Shown here: piece after piece, positions 8,717 through 16,489 of the stretch
How the letters are laid out: each line of letters opens with the position of its first letter
Numbering within the stretch: the stretch's first letter is position 1
IMG/VR virus record: IMGVR_UViG_3300027533_000035
Location: 1-48,384 of that record
DNA length: 48,384 nt
Strand: one strand, 5' to 3'
Source: a virus
Taxonomy: Duplodnaviria > Caudoviricetes
Program-made: the position numbers and the translations under genes
Notes under the pieces: generated by a model
Databases searched by the model: none
Told to the model about the DNA's origin: nothing
The model's input: only the letters and a program-made list of their open reading frames with translations

Positions 8717-10468
8717 CTAGTCCTCCTCGCCTTTCGGTATGTTCTGAAGGTTCGTGCCCCGACCGAAGGCGTTCTCGGAGGACGACCACCGGAACGTCTC
8801 CGTTCCGGCCGTGTTAAACATACACCTCATGCGGCTTCCGCCGGGGGCGTCGTCCAGCTCCGCTCTCACGAAGGTGTTGGTGAAGACGCGGATGCTTCTG
8901 AAAAGTTCGAGCGCCTCGAAGAGGCGGATGAACTCGGGATGCCGATCGCCAAGCTGCGTGAGCGCTTCGCCGTTGAAGGTCTTGCGGTCGGTCTTGCGGT
9001 TGGTGGGGAGGTTGAAGCCGAGGTCGGTTCCGAAGAAGCGGCGCTGCTGGTGGGGTGATTGCCACCACGCGGCCACGCCCTTCCCGGCGTCGGGGGAGAC
9101 GAACTCTTGCGGAAGGATGCGGTTGAACCAGAAGGCCATGCTGTCCGCCTCCGCGCAGAGGTTCATCAGGAACATGCCTCGCTCTCCGGTGTCGATCCGG
9201 ATGCCGCGGTTCATCATTTCGAGCGCGAGGCTGTTCTTTTCCATCTCCTCCGCCCACTGGGCTTCTTGTCCGAGCTTTGGTATAAGGTCTTTAAGGACGG
9301 TATTGATTTCGAAGTTTTTGAGACAGTCGAGGGCATTGTACTGCAAGAGCTGTTCGATGCTGCCCCGCATGTCCCATTCTTTGTGGTCCTCCTTCCAGTA
9401 CCAGTGGTACTTGCAGTAGAGGGAGGAGAGGTAGTCGAGCCCCTTGGGCGTCCCGGGGAAGAGGAGGTGGTGGGCAAGCATAGAATCGAAAGCATGTTGA
9501 GGAGTACAGCCAAGGAATTTCTGGATATACTGTATGTCGTAGAGGTAGTTCTGCCCCTCAACGAGGCAGTTAGGGTGACTGAGTAGGGTTCGTATGAGTT
9601 TAACCAGTGTCTTTTCTTCCTCATAGGTCCAATAGCTCTCAAACGGTTGACCGTAACCCGTTCGAATGAACGGGATACTCATGGCAAACTGTGGACTGTC
9701 GGCGAAGCCGATACACGTCATGAGTCCGCGCGCTGTTTCGATGTCGTTCATTAGACGGAGCTTGTTGCCGTTGTTGCAGGAGTTGATCCAGTGGATCAGG
9801 GTGCTGCGGGCGTGCTCGAAGGTGGGCGGGGCGTGGACCTGCGGCTTCGGGCCGCGCCAGTCGCGCGCTAGTCCCTGCTTGCAGACGCGCTCCCGAAGAT
9901 CATGGACAGTGACAGCGCGGTTGTACCAAGCGCGCAGAATTGCAGCGGGATGGATAAGGGGAACGAGAGGCAGGGTGGCAAGGTCCGGTACGGCGTCACA
10001 ATACCACTGAGAGCCGCGCCACTGCATGATGCCTGACGGCACCCTTCGTCCCTCTGCCTCCGCTGGCGTAGACCAGGAGGTGCAATTGGTGAGAGCCCAG
10101 AGGGCATAGTTCCCACAAGCCACCACCACCAGCGGCTTGATTGCTCTAAGCTGTTCATGGAGACACCGGAGGCCTTCGACCACGTTCGGGAGAGGATAGA
10201 GGCCACGAACGAAGGGAGCTACCGCTCCCTTCGTTGGGCTGAAAAAGCGCCACATTTCATTGCCGTCAGGCCGCTCGGGAACCACATTGGTGTAGAAGCA
10301 CTCGTCGGGATCCAGCCCTGCCTCGGCGATCATCCGCCGCAGCTCCTGGCCGCTCTGCCCGACGAACGGAGCCCGCGCCTGCTGCTCCTCCCAGCCCCAG
10401 CTCTCGCCCACCACGACGATGCGGGCGCTGCGCGGTCCGGAGGTGCCGTACCAAATGTCAGAGGCCAA
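8717..10468 (-). CDS. polA: Uracil-DNA-glycosylase-like domain + 3'-5' exonuclease + N-terminal part of family A DNA polymerase
   Basis: UDG family-4-like GESWG..E...PFVGQSG...TNVV...HPA; ExoI NDIET, ExoII QNYLYD, ExoIII YNALD; ends GTETFRWSSS...NLQNIPKGEED*. TTG start at 10468 follows AGGGAGG (track start 10528). Confidence 0.85.
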   Translation of the reverse strand: MASDIWYGTSGPRSARIVVVGESWGWEEQQARAPFVGQSGQELRRMIAEAGLDPDECFYTNVVPERPDGNEMWRFFSPTKGAVAPFVRGLYPLPNVVEGLRCLHEQLRAIKPLVVVACGNYALWALTNCTSWSTPAEAEGRRVPSGIMQWRGSQWYCDAVPDLATLPLVPLIHPAAILRAWYNRAVTVHDLRERVCKQGLARDWRGPKPQVHAPPTFEHARSTLIHWINSCNNGNKLRLMNDIETARGLMTCIGFADSPQFAMSIPFIRTGYGQPFESYWTYEEEKTLVKLIRTLLSHPNCLVEGQNYLYDIQYIQKFLGCTPQHAFDSMLAHHLLFPGTPKGLDYLSSLYCKYHWYWKEDHKEWDMRGSIEQLLQYNALDCLKNFEINTVLKDLIPKLGQEAQWAEEMEKNSLALEMMNRGIRIDTGERGMFLMNLCAEADSMAFWFNRILPQEFVSPDAGKGVAAWWQSPHQQRRFFGTDLGFNLPTNRKTDRKTFNGEALTQLGDRHPEFIRLFEALELFRSIRVFTNTFVRAELDDAPGGSRMRCMFNTAGTETFRWSSSENAFGRGTNLQNIPKGEED

Positions 10469-10703
10469 GGTTGCCTCCCTTGCGGGCGCGCTTGGGGTAG
10501 CCCCACACGTCGGCGGTGTCATCATCATAAAAGGTACATTCGCCCCAGCTATCGTCGGAGAAGACGAAAAGGGCAGCGCCCTTCGTGTGCATGGAGATGT
10601 GGACCTTTGGGTCGATCTGCTTTATGAGGGTGCGGAAGTCATCATTTCGCTTTCCTGCTGCGAAGTATGCTCTTGCGAACTGCTTTGCCAGACAGGGTTT
10701 CAT
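10458..10703 (-). CDS. Hypothetical protein (81 aa)
   Basis: ATG at 10703 overlaps the upstream stop (ATGA); fits the tight gene packing. Confidence 0.55.
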   Translation of the reverse strand: MKPCLAKQFARAYFAAGKRNDDFRTLIKQIDPKVHISMHTKGAALFVFSDDSWGECTFYDDDTADVWGYPKRARKGGNLGL

Positions 10704-10867
10704 CGCTTTGCCTTTCGGGCTCGGTACTTCCGCTTCTGCCGCGTAACGTAGGCACGGTTGGCGATCTGCCATTCGTGCGCGTAGGTAGGATTAGCCTTCC
10801 GCCAGCGCCTCAGTACGAAGCGCCGGCGGGCCTTTCTTTGGGCCTCTGTGAGAGGCTTACGCGGCAT
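10700..10867 (-). CDS. Small, very basic protein (55 aa), not in the ORF track
   Basis: Hand translation MPRKPLTEAQRKARRRFVLRRWRKANPTYAHEWQIANRAYVTRQKRKYRARKAKR*; fills the gap and couples by ATGA to the next gene. Confidence 0.55.
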   Translation of the reverse strand: MPRKPLTEAQRKARRRFVLRRWRKANPTYAHEWQIANRAYVTRQKRKYRARKAKR

Positions 10868-11609
10868 TGCGGCGTCGCCGCAGACGTTGCAGTCCGAAGA
10901 GTCCCATCACGCCAGCGAGCAGAGCAGGCAAGCCTGCGCCGACCGCCGGGCCAGGAACGGCGACCGGCACAATGAAGAAGGAGTCGGGTCCGTCGTTCGC
11001 GCCGGTGATGCGAGCGAAGAAGCCGATCCGATCCCCGATGTTGATGCCGGTCAGGTCGAAGCCGGTGAGGGTCCAGTCGGGGTAGCCGGTCCCGTCATTG
11101 ATCGCTGGGAGCAGCGTGCCGCCTGGCCCTGGGGAGTACACAGCAAGAACGGTTTGCTGCGTGTAGTTCAGGAACCAGAACGACTCGAGGGTCTGCGCCG
11201 TGTTGGTGTCGTTGACGTCGATACCGACCGAGAAGCCCAGGCTGCCCAAGAGGGCGTTCTGGAAGACGCTTCCGGCACCGATAGCGTAGCCGCTCGCGAC
11301 GCCGCCGAAGGTGTCGAGGGCGAGGCCGGTCTGCGGTTGACCGGCGATGGACGTCGAGAAAAACGCCACCGTGTCTGCGTTGCCGGTATTGCCGAACAGG
11401 TTGTAACCGAACCCGGTCGGCTGTTGAGGCTGGTTGGCTCCGCAGATGATGCAGGGGAGGTTCTGCACCTGATTCCCGGTCGGCACAGTCGGGGTCAGTT
11501 GCAAGAGGGTAGCACCCGAGGCGTCCCAATCGAGACCCCCCAGGATGTCGGCTTTTGCGCCGCTGGCGAGCGCGAGGCAGGCGACAGATGCCAGCAGAAG
11601 CTTCTTCAT
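10857..11609 (-). CDS. Exported protein with PEP-CTERM-like (VPGP..GAGLP) sorting tail, 250 aa
   Basis: Signal peptide MKKLLLASVACLALASGAKA; C-terminus VPGPAVGAGLPALLAGVMGLFGLQRLRRRRNAA; RBS AAGGA before ATG 11609. Confidence 0.8.
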   Translation of the reverse strand: MKKLLLASVACLALASGAKADILGGLDWDASGATLLQLTPTVPTGNQVQNLPCIICGANQPQQPTGFGYNLFGNTGNADTVAFFSTSIAGQPQTGLALDTFGGVASGYAIGAGSVFQNALLGSLGFSVGIDVNDTNTAQTLESFWFLNYTQQTVLAVYSPGPGGTLLPAINDGTGYPDWTLTGFDLTGINIGDRIGFFARITGANDGPDSFFIVPVAVPGPAVGAGLPALLAGVMGLFGLQRLRRRRNAA

Positions 11610-11613
11610 AGGC

Positions 11614-12099
11614 TTAGTTCCTTTTGCGGCGGAGGAAGGTGAACAGGCTAGCTCCCGCCAGAAGCAGGCCAGGTAGCCCGGCTCCCACGATGGGACCGGG
11701 AACGACGACGACGGCTGTGCTGCCGCCATAGCTGTAGGAGGTGTGACGGAGAGGGCAGGCCCAGGGGGCGCAGAACTGCGCCTGCGTGATGTAGCCGCCG
11801 ACCGTATAGCTCGCGAGGAACGAGCCGGGGTCTGGGTAGAAGAAGGACCATTCACCCACTCCGTAGGCGGTTAGGTATGTCTGGTGGCCGAAGCTGTCGA
11901 AGGAGGTGATGTAGAATCCGCCGTCGAGGCCGGGGGCGTAGTAGCCGGGATCCGGCAGGCCGAGCGTGGGCGTCAGGCGAAAGGTCACGAGGCTGCCCGC
12001 TTCGACCGGATTCGGCGTCGCGGTGAAGTCCCAAGAGACGGTGATGGCTTGCACTGGAGCGGTGGTGGCGAGCAGCAGTGCGAGGGCTGCGGCTTTCAT
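11614..12099 (-). CDS. Second exported protein with PEP-CTERM-like (VPGP..GAGLP) sorting tail, 161 aa
   Basis: Signal peptide MKAAALALLLATTAPVQA; C-terminus VPGPIVGAGLPGLLLAGASLFTFLRRKRN. Confidence 0.8.
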   Translation of the reverse strand: MKAAALALLLATTAPVQAITVSWDFTATPNPVEAGSLVTFRLTPTLGLPDPGYYAPGLDGGFYITSFDSFGHQTYLTAYGVGEWSFFYPDPGSFLASYTVGGYITQAQFCAPWACPLRHTSYSYGGSTAVVVVPGPIVGAGLPGLLLAGASLFTFLRRKRN

Positions 12100-13451
12100 G
12101 CGAGGTTCTCCTCTGCGTCTGGGGGTGGGACGATTTCGATCGGGTCACGTTCGGCCGCGACGACGGCGAGATTGTACGGAACGCGATTGATTTCGATGCC
12201 GAGCGCCTTGCGCTTGAGGTGTCGGGCGGCGATCAGGGTGCTCCCTGCGCCGCACACCGGGTCGAGAATATAGTCGCCGGGCATGGTCGCGCACTCGATT
12301 AGCTGCTCCAGCAGCCCCACGGGCTTCTCAGGACCGTAGCGGCGATGGTGGCGCGCCACGCGGCTCTCGTCGAGGATGTCTACGGGCGATTGCAGCAGGC
12401 CCTTTTTGCCCTTGGTCGCGAAGAAGATCATTTCGTACGTTCGCCGGAACCCTTCGCGGCCCCACGGCGCGAGCCCCTCGGCTTCGCTCTTGCGCCAGAT
12501 GACGGGCGTGCGGAAGGGCTTCCAGCCCATGTTGGCAGCGGCGGTCTTGAAGAGGGGGAACATGTCGACGTCACCGAAGATGAAGATGTTCGCGCGGGGC
12601 TTCGTGACGCGGAAGCCTTCGCTAAGGACCGCTCGAAGGAGCCCTGTGGCGGTTTCCGGAGAATCATCGTAATTGTGATGCTCAACTGTTCGTTGCCGGA
12701 AGCCTCCACTGTCAGCCCCGATACCGTAAGGGAGGTCTGCAATGATAAGATCGAAGAGTCCTTCGTCCAGGTCGGGAAGGAGCTTTGTAAAGTCTCCCAG
12801 ACGTACTTCGCAAAGCCGGACGATAGTGTTCGCCCCAGCCGTGCGGCGAGTGATGAGTTCTGCTTCCGCGCCACTTTCGATCTCCTTGAGTAGGATGCCC
12901 ATTGCCTCCGTGGCGTTCCTCGCCTTCGCGACCGAGGGCTTGTGAAGATTGTCCGCGAGCAGGACGCTGTCGCGGATGGCTTTGCGGAAGGTGCCCGAAG
13001 GGGTGGCGTCCGAGCCCTGCTTCGCAAGGAGTTCCTTCGCGGTTGCCATGAAGGTCTGGTCGGGGTTCGCTTCGCGCCGGAGCTGGTGGATCGCGGCGAT
13101 CGCCCTCGCGCGGTCCTGCCAGGAGATCGGGGAGCGGATGATGTTCTCCTCCAGCTCCGCTTCCATGAGGTCAGCCGGGCTAAGGTCGAAGACGTTGACG
13201 ATGGGTGTCTCGCCGCTCGGTACGATTATACCATCGTATAGCGGTCTTATACCTTCAGCATGAAGCTCTGAGAGTGCCGTCAAGCGGTGCATCCCGGCGA
13301 CGAGGAAGGTGCCGGCGGCGTCCTTGGCGATGATGGGAGCGTGCATCAGGCCCTTGCTGGCGACGGACAGCTTGAGCTGTCCGACGGTGGCGCGGTCCAC
13401 CTCCCGTTGCCGGTTGCGGATCTGAATGCTGCTGATGGGGAGGAAGGGCAC
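12096..13451 (-). CDS. ParB/Srx-like N-domain fused to N4/N6 DNA methyltransferase
   Basis: N-terminal GLMHAPII...LVAGMHRL...ELEENIIR; C-terminal DLIIADLPYG, EKP..LL..LI and ILDPVCGAGST...GIE. Confidence 0.85.
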   Translation of the reverse strand: MPFLPISSIQIRNRQREVDRATVGQLKLSVASKGLMHAPIIAKDAAGTFLVAGMHRLTALSELHAEGIRPLYDGIIVPSGETPIVNVFDLSPADLMEAELEENIIRSPISWQDRARAIAAIHQLRREANPDQTFMATAKELLAKQGSDATPSGTFRKAIRDSVLLADNLHKPSVAKARNATEAMGILLKEIESGAEAELITRRTAGANTIVRLCEVRLGDFTKLLPDLDEGLFDLIIADLPYGIGADSGGFRQRTVEHHNYDDSPETATGLLRAVLSEGFRVTKPRANIFIFGDVDMFPLFKTAAANMGWKPFRTPVIWRKSEAEGLAPWGREGFRRTYEMIFFATKGKKGLLQSPVDILDESRVARHHRRYGPEKPVGLLEQLIECATMPGDYILDPVCGAGSTLIAARHLKRKALGIEINRVPYNLAVVAAERDPIEIVPPPDAEENLA

Positions 13452-13660
13452 TACGAGATTCCTTTCGCGAGAGCGGCTTCGATGCGGGCGAGGCCGTCTT
13501 CGACGGCCTTCTCAACCTTACCGACGGGGCAGAGATTGGTTTCGTCCATGACGCCTATGTCGTACATGAGGTGGGTGTTGCATTGATGGCAGGCGCGGGA
13601 AGCGCCGCCAGCGTAGCGAGGATCAACCTGAACGACGAAGCTGACGATCTCGCAACGCAT
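13451..13660 (-). CDS. Hypothetical small Cys-containing protein
   Basis: ORF with CxxCxxH; abuts the MTase start. Confidence 0.5.
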   Translation of the reverse strand: MRCEIVSFVVQVDPRYAGGASRACHQCNTHLMYDIGVMDETNLCPVGKVEKAVEDGLARIEAALAKGIS

Positions 13661-13684
13661 GGCGGCCTTCCTCTTAACGGCTAG

Positions 13685-14152
13685 TTAGCTAACTTTACCG
13701 ACGCGCACGATGTCGGCATAGGTGGCATCCTTGACGGTGGTGTGCTCCACCTTCCCGATGAAGGGCCCGGCACCCAGGAGATCCTGGGGCTTCCAGCCGG
13801 GAGTGTTCTGTCCGAGAGCGGCGCGGAGACGGCCGAGGCCGACGTTGCGGCCCTCGCCCTGCTCCAGCTTTCCGCCGCCGTCGATATCGAGGTTGACGCG
13901 GAAGCGCACCGTGACCTTGGCGCGGTTCAGCTTGGCCTTGACGGCTTCGTCGGCGAGGAGGCAGGTGATTTCCATCTGATAGAAGTCGTACGGCTTGCCG
14001 GACTCCTTCCCAACGCCCTTGATGTTCTTAACGGCGACACTCTTGGGATCGCTGTCGATCATGAAGGGGTACTCGCCCTCCGGGCAGACGTTCATCTGCG
14101 TCGGCATGGGGTCGGCTGCGCTCTGCATGAACGCATTAGGATCAAAGCTCAT
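13685..14152 (-). CDS. Putative ssDNA-binding protein (DUF669-like)
   Basis: MSFDPNAFM...PEGEY...LGRLRAALG...KVEH; sits directly after the Sak4-like ATPase; RBS AAGGAG. Confidence 0.6.
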   Translation of the reverse strand: MSFDPNAFMQSAADPMPTQMNVCPEGEYPFMIDSDPKSVAVKNIKGVGKESGKPYDFYQMEITCLLADEAVKAKLNRAKVTVRFRVNLDIDGGGKLEQGEGRNVGLGRLRAALGQNTPGWKPQDLLGAGPFIGKVEHTTVKDATYADIVRVGKVS

Positions 14153-14176
14153 TCGTAGTCTCCTTCGGTTTCGCGG

Positions 14177-15022
14177 TTACGCGGTTGCAACGAGGGCCGG
14201 TTGCGCGGCTTTCAGCCTCGCGCGGAAACTGTCCACGATTGGCTTGAAACTGGGAAGAATGGTGTCGCTAAGAGGTAGATCTCCAGACTTAGTGTCCACT
14301 CCCGTGTCTGCTGTGGACCAGAGGAAGTTAGTTCCCACTCGCTTAGCATATACGACGTTTGTGAACAGCGGGGGCAGTTTAGGTGCCAGCTTTGCACCCA
14401 GAGTTGAGACGGTGATGTTGGAGAGTCCGGTGAGTTCATTCGTTTCGCGCTCCACATGGCCGATGAGGACGAAAAAGCACTTGCAGTCGGAGGTCAGCTT
14501 GAGCAGGAGGTTCTGGATATTGCTCTGCATGACGCCCCACTCGCCGGGAGCCGGGTTCGGCTTGAGGCCGACCGTCAGGTTGCGGGACATGGTCGAGACG
14601 CCCGTCAGGCCGTCGATCACGAGGGCGCAGTCGTGCCCCCATTGCGTCACGTCGCCGAGCACCTCGCCGGTGCGATCGGAGGTGAAATTGGCGAGGTTAT
14701 TGAGGAAGCTGATCCACTGCTTCCCGTCCTGCTTCGCAATGCCGCCCCGCATGTCCGCTATATCTTTCAAGCTCATGAGGTTGACGGTGTTGGCGGAGTC
14801 GATCAAGCTCTGCCACTTGGGTGGGGACGGGCTGACGAAGTGCCAGTCGAACCGGGCGTCCGAGACGCCCCGCTTCTTGCACTCCTCGATGACGCGGTTG
14901 GGTGCCGAAGGCTCGGTCGCCATCATCCGCACGTTGAGCCCCTCTGCGAGGAGGGTGACGACGCTGGTCGTCTTCCCGGTCCCGCCGGGTCCGATGAGGA
15001 GAGTGCTTGGTGGTGAGAGCAT
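14177..15022 (-). CDS. AAA/Sak4-like ATPase (putative single-strand annealing recombinase)
   Basis: Walker A GPGGTGKTT, Walker B LVIDGLT, and LIGHVERE; in a nuclease-ATPase-SSB cassette. Confidence 0.75.
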   Translation of the reverse strand: MLSPPSTLLIGPGGTGKTTSVVTLLAEGLNVRMMATEPSAPNRVIEECKKRGVSDARFDWHFVSPSPPKWQSLIDSANTVNLMSLKDIADMRGGIAKQDGKQWISFLNNLANFTSDRTGEVLGDVTQWGHDCALVIDGLTGVSTMSRNLTVGLKPNPAPGEWGVMQSNIQNLLLKLTSDCKCFFVLIGHVERETNELTGLSNITVSTLGAKLAPKLPPLFTNVVYAKRVGTNFLWSTADTGVDTKSGDLPLSDTILPSFKPIVDSFRARLKAAQPALVATA

Positions 15023-15027
15023 GGTGG

Positions 15028-15261
15028 TTAGTCCTTCGTTACGGTTACGGTTACGGTGTCGCCTTCTGCGATGCCGATCGGTTTGTCGGTGCCGAAGCGG
15101 AAGGCGTACACGCCGCCCTCGAACTCCAGGTGGATGAACCAGCCGAGATTGATGCTGTCGAGAAGGGCGGAGCCCGTGGTTGGGTCTTTGTGGCCTCGGA
15201 TGGTGCGAGAGTGCTCGCGGATTGCGAGCACCTTGACTTCGCCAGATAGACAGAAGCTCAT
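15028..15261 (-). CDS. Hypothetical protein
   Basis: Coupled ORF (ATGA overlap) with RBS AAGGA. Confidence 0.55.
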   Translation of the reverse strand: MSFCLSGEVKVLAIREHSRTIRGHKDPTTGSALLDSINLGWFIHLEFEGGVYAFRFGTDKPIGIAEGDTVTVTVTKD

Positions 15262-15533
15262 TTAGGCGTATCCTTCTGGAAGGGGGTGGTGGGAGGGGCG
15301 GGCATCTCGCGGGCGGCTCGCGCCGCCGCTGCGCGGCCTGCGGCCATGACGGTGTCGACGTTCATCTTCTTGGCGTGCAGGTCGCGGAACTGCTCCAGCA
15401 TGACGGAGACGAGCGCGTGGGTGCTGATCGGCTGCGAGCCCGAGAGGCGGCGCATGTCACGCATCCGCTCGATGGTGGCGACGAGAACGTCGGTGACGTC
15501 CTCGAAGCTGACAGGTGTCTCCCCGGCTTTCAT
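15258..15533 (-). CDS. Hypothetical protein
   Basis: Coupled ORF; RBS GGGAGGG. Confidence 0.55.
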   Translation of the reverse strand: MKAGETPVSFEDVTDVLVATIERMRDMRRLSGSQPISTHALVSVMLEQFRDLHAKKMNVDTVMAAGRAAAARAAREMPAPPTTPFQKDTPK

Positions 15534-16489
15534 GCGGCCCTCCCTTCGGGAGTCTCGACGGCGATCGGGTTCTTCTGCGTGGGGTTCCAGTTGCGGCGCT
15601 CGTACTGATCGTACCAGCGCTCGGGATGATCGCTCTCGCAGAGATCCATGAACGGACAGCCTCCGTAGGAGGTACAGGCGTCGGCGAAATTATAGTCGAA
15701 GTAGCCCTCGTTCCAGCACTTCGTGAGCCGCCACAGATCACGCTGGAACTGCTGATACCAGCGCTCGATCCGGCTGGGGCCATACGTCTTGAAGGCTTCG
15801 GCCAGCTTAATCTCCTTCATGAGGATGCCGATGCCGCGGATACAGACGGTGTCGAGCTGGATACCGCTCTGCTGGCAGGCCCAGACGTAGCCCATGAACT
15901 GAGAGCGCAAGCGCCATTGGTCGGCCCACTGTGCTCCGATGGAGGTGGTGGTTTTCTCGTCCCGGATGATGGGGCGATCCTGCCAGAGGCCGAGCAGATC
16001 GAACCTACCGGCGAACAGGAAGGGTTCGCCGTTCGGGTGGCGGGGGAAGCCGCCGGTGTGGTCGGCGGTCGGGAGGGGGATTGCGAAGGTGAACTCGAAA
16101 GCACCGCCTCCCGTTTTATCGAAGGGCTGGATCGGATCCGTCTCCGGACGCCAGTTGGCGAAATACGTCTCAACGGCGCGCCAGACGTTCTCGCGGCTCT
16201 TCGGGGTAGGTTTGTTTGCGACGAAGTCGCCCCACTGATCGAGGAACTGCCCATGCGTGCGGGCGAGGGCGGTGTCGAAGTCGACACCCACCGTGCCCGC
16301 CTTCCCGTAGTAGTGGGTGTAGAGGTTCTCGATCGCGCTCGCGAAGCAGGCCCCGGCGTGGAGGTCGATTGAGAGCCGGGCAGGCCGCAGGTTGAGGCAG
16401 AACTCTGTGAAGAACTTGCGAGGGCATTGGCGGAAGGTCGCCATCATGGTGGCGTCGATGTAGGTCGGAAGCGAAGCTGTGGTGGTCAT
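15530..16489 (-). CDS. PD-(D/E)XK (RecB/Cas4-like) exonuclease
   Basis: FRQCPRKF...GRFDLL...IRDEKTT...QFMGY and a C-terminal CxxxxxCxxxxxC cluster. Confidence 0.8.
   Translation of the reverse strand: MTTTASLPTYIDATMMATFRQCPRKFFTEFCLNLRPARLSIDLHAGACFASAIENLYTHYYGKAGTVGVDFDTALARTHGQFLDQWGDFVANKPTPKSRENVWRAVETYFANWRPETDPIQPFDKTGGGAFEFTFAIPLPTADHTGGFPRHPNGEPFLFAGRFDLLGLWQDRPIIRDEKTTTSIGAQWADQWRLRSQFMGYVWACQQSGIQLDTVCIRGIGILMKEIKLAEAFKTYGPSRIERWYQQFQRDLWRLTKCWNEGYFDYNFADACTSYGGCPFMDLCESDHPERWYDQYERRNWNPTQKNPIAVETPEGRAA

Noticed and set aside
12096-13451. ParB as evidence of a plasmid-prophage lifestyle
   Set aside because: The domain is fused to an MTase; no ParA, Rep, integrase or CI-like repressor was seen.
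15038-15057. (GTTACG)3 tandem repeat
   Set aside because: It simply encodes VTVTVT at the end of a small gene.
16267-16290. GGGCGGTGTC-N6-GACACCC resembling the palindrome family
   Set aside because: It lies inside the nuclease CDS, with different spacing and an incomplete right arm; probably chance.
15530-16489. Cas4-like nuclease as a sign of CRISPR-Cas
   Set aside because: No repeat-spacer array or other cas genes; the context is a phage recombination cassette.
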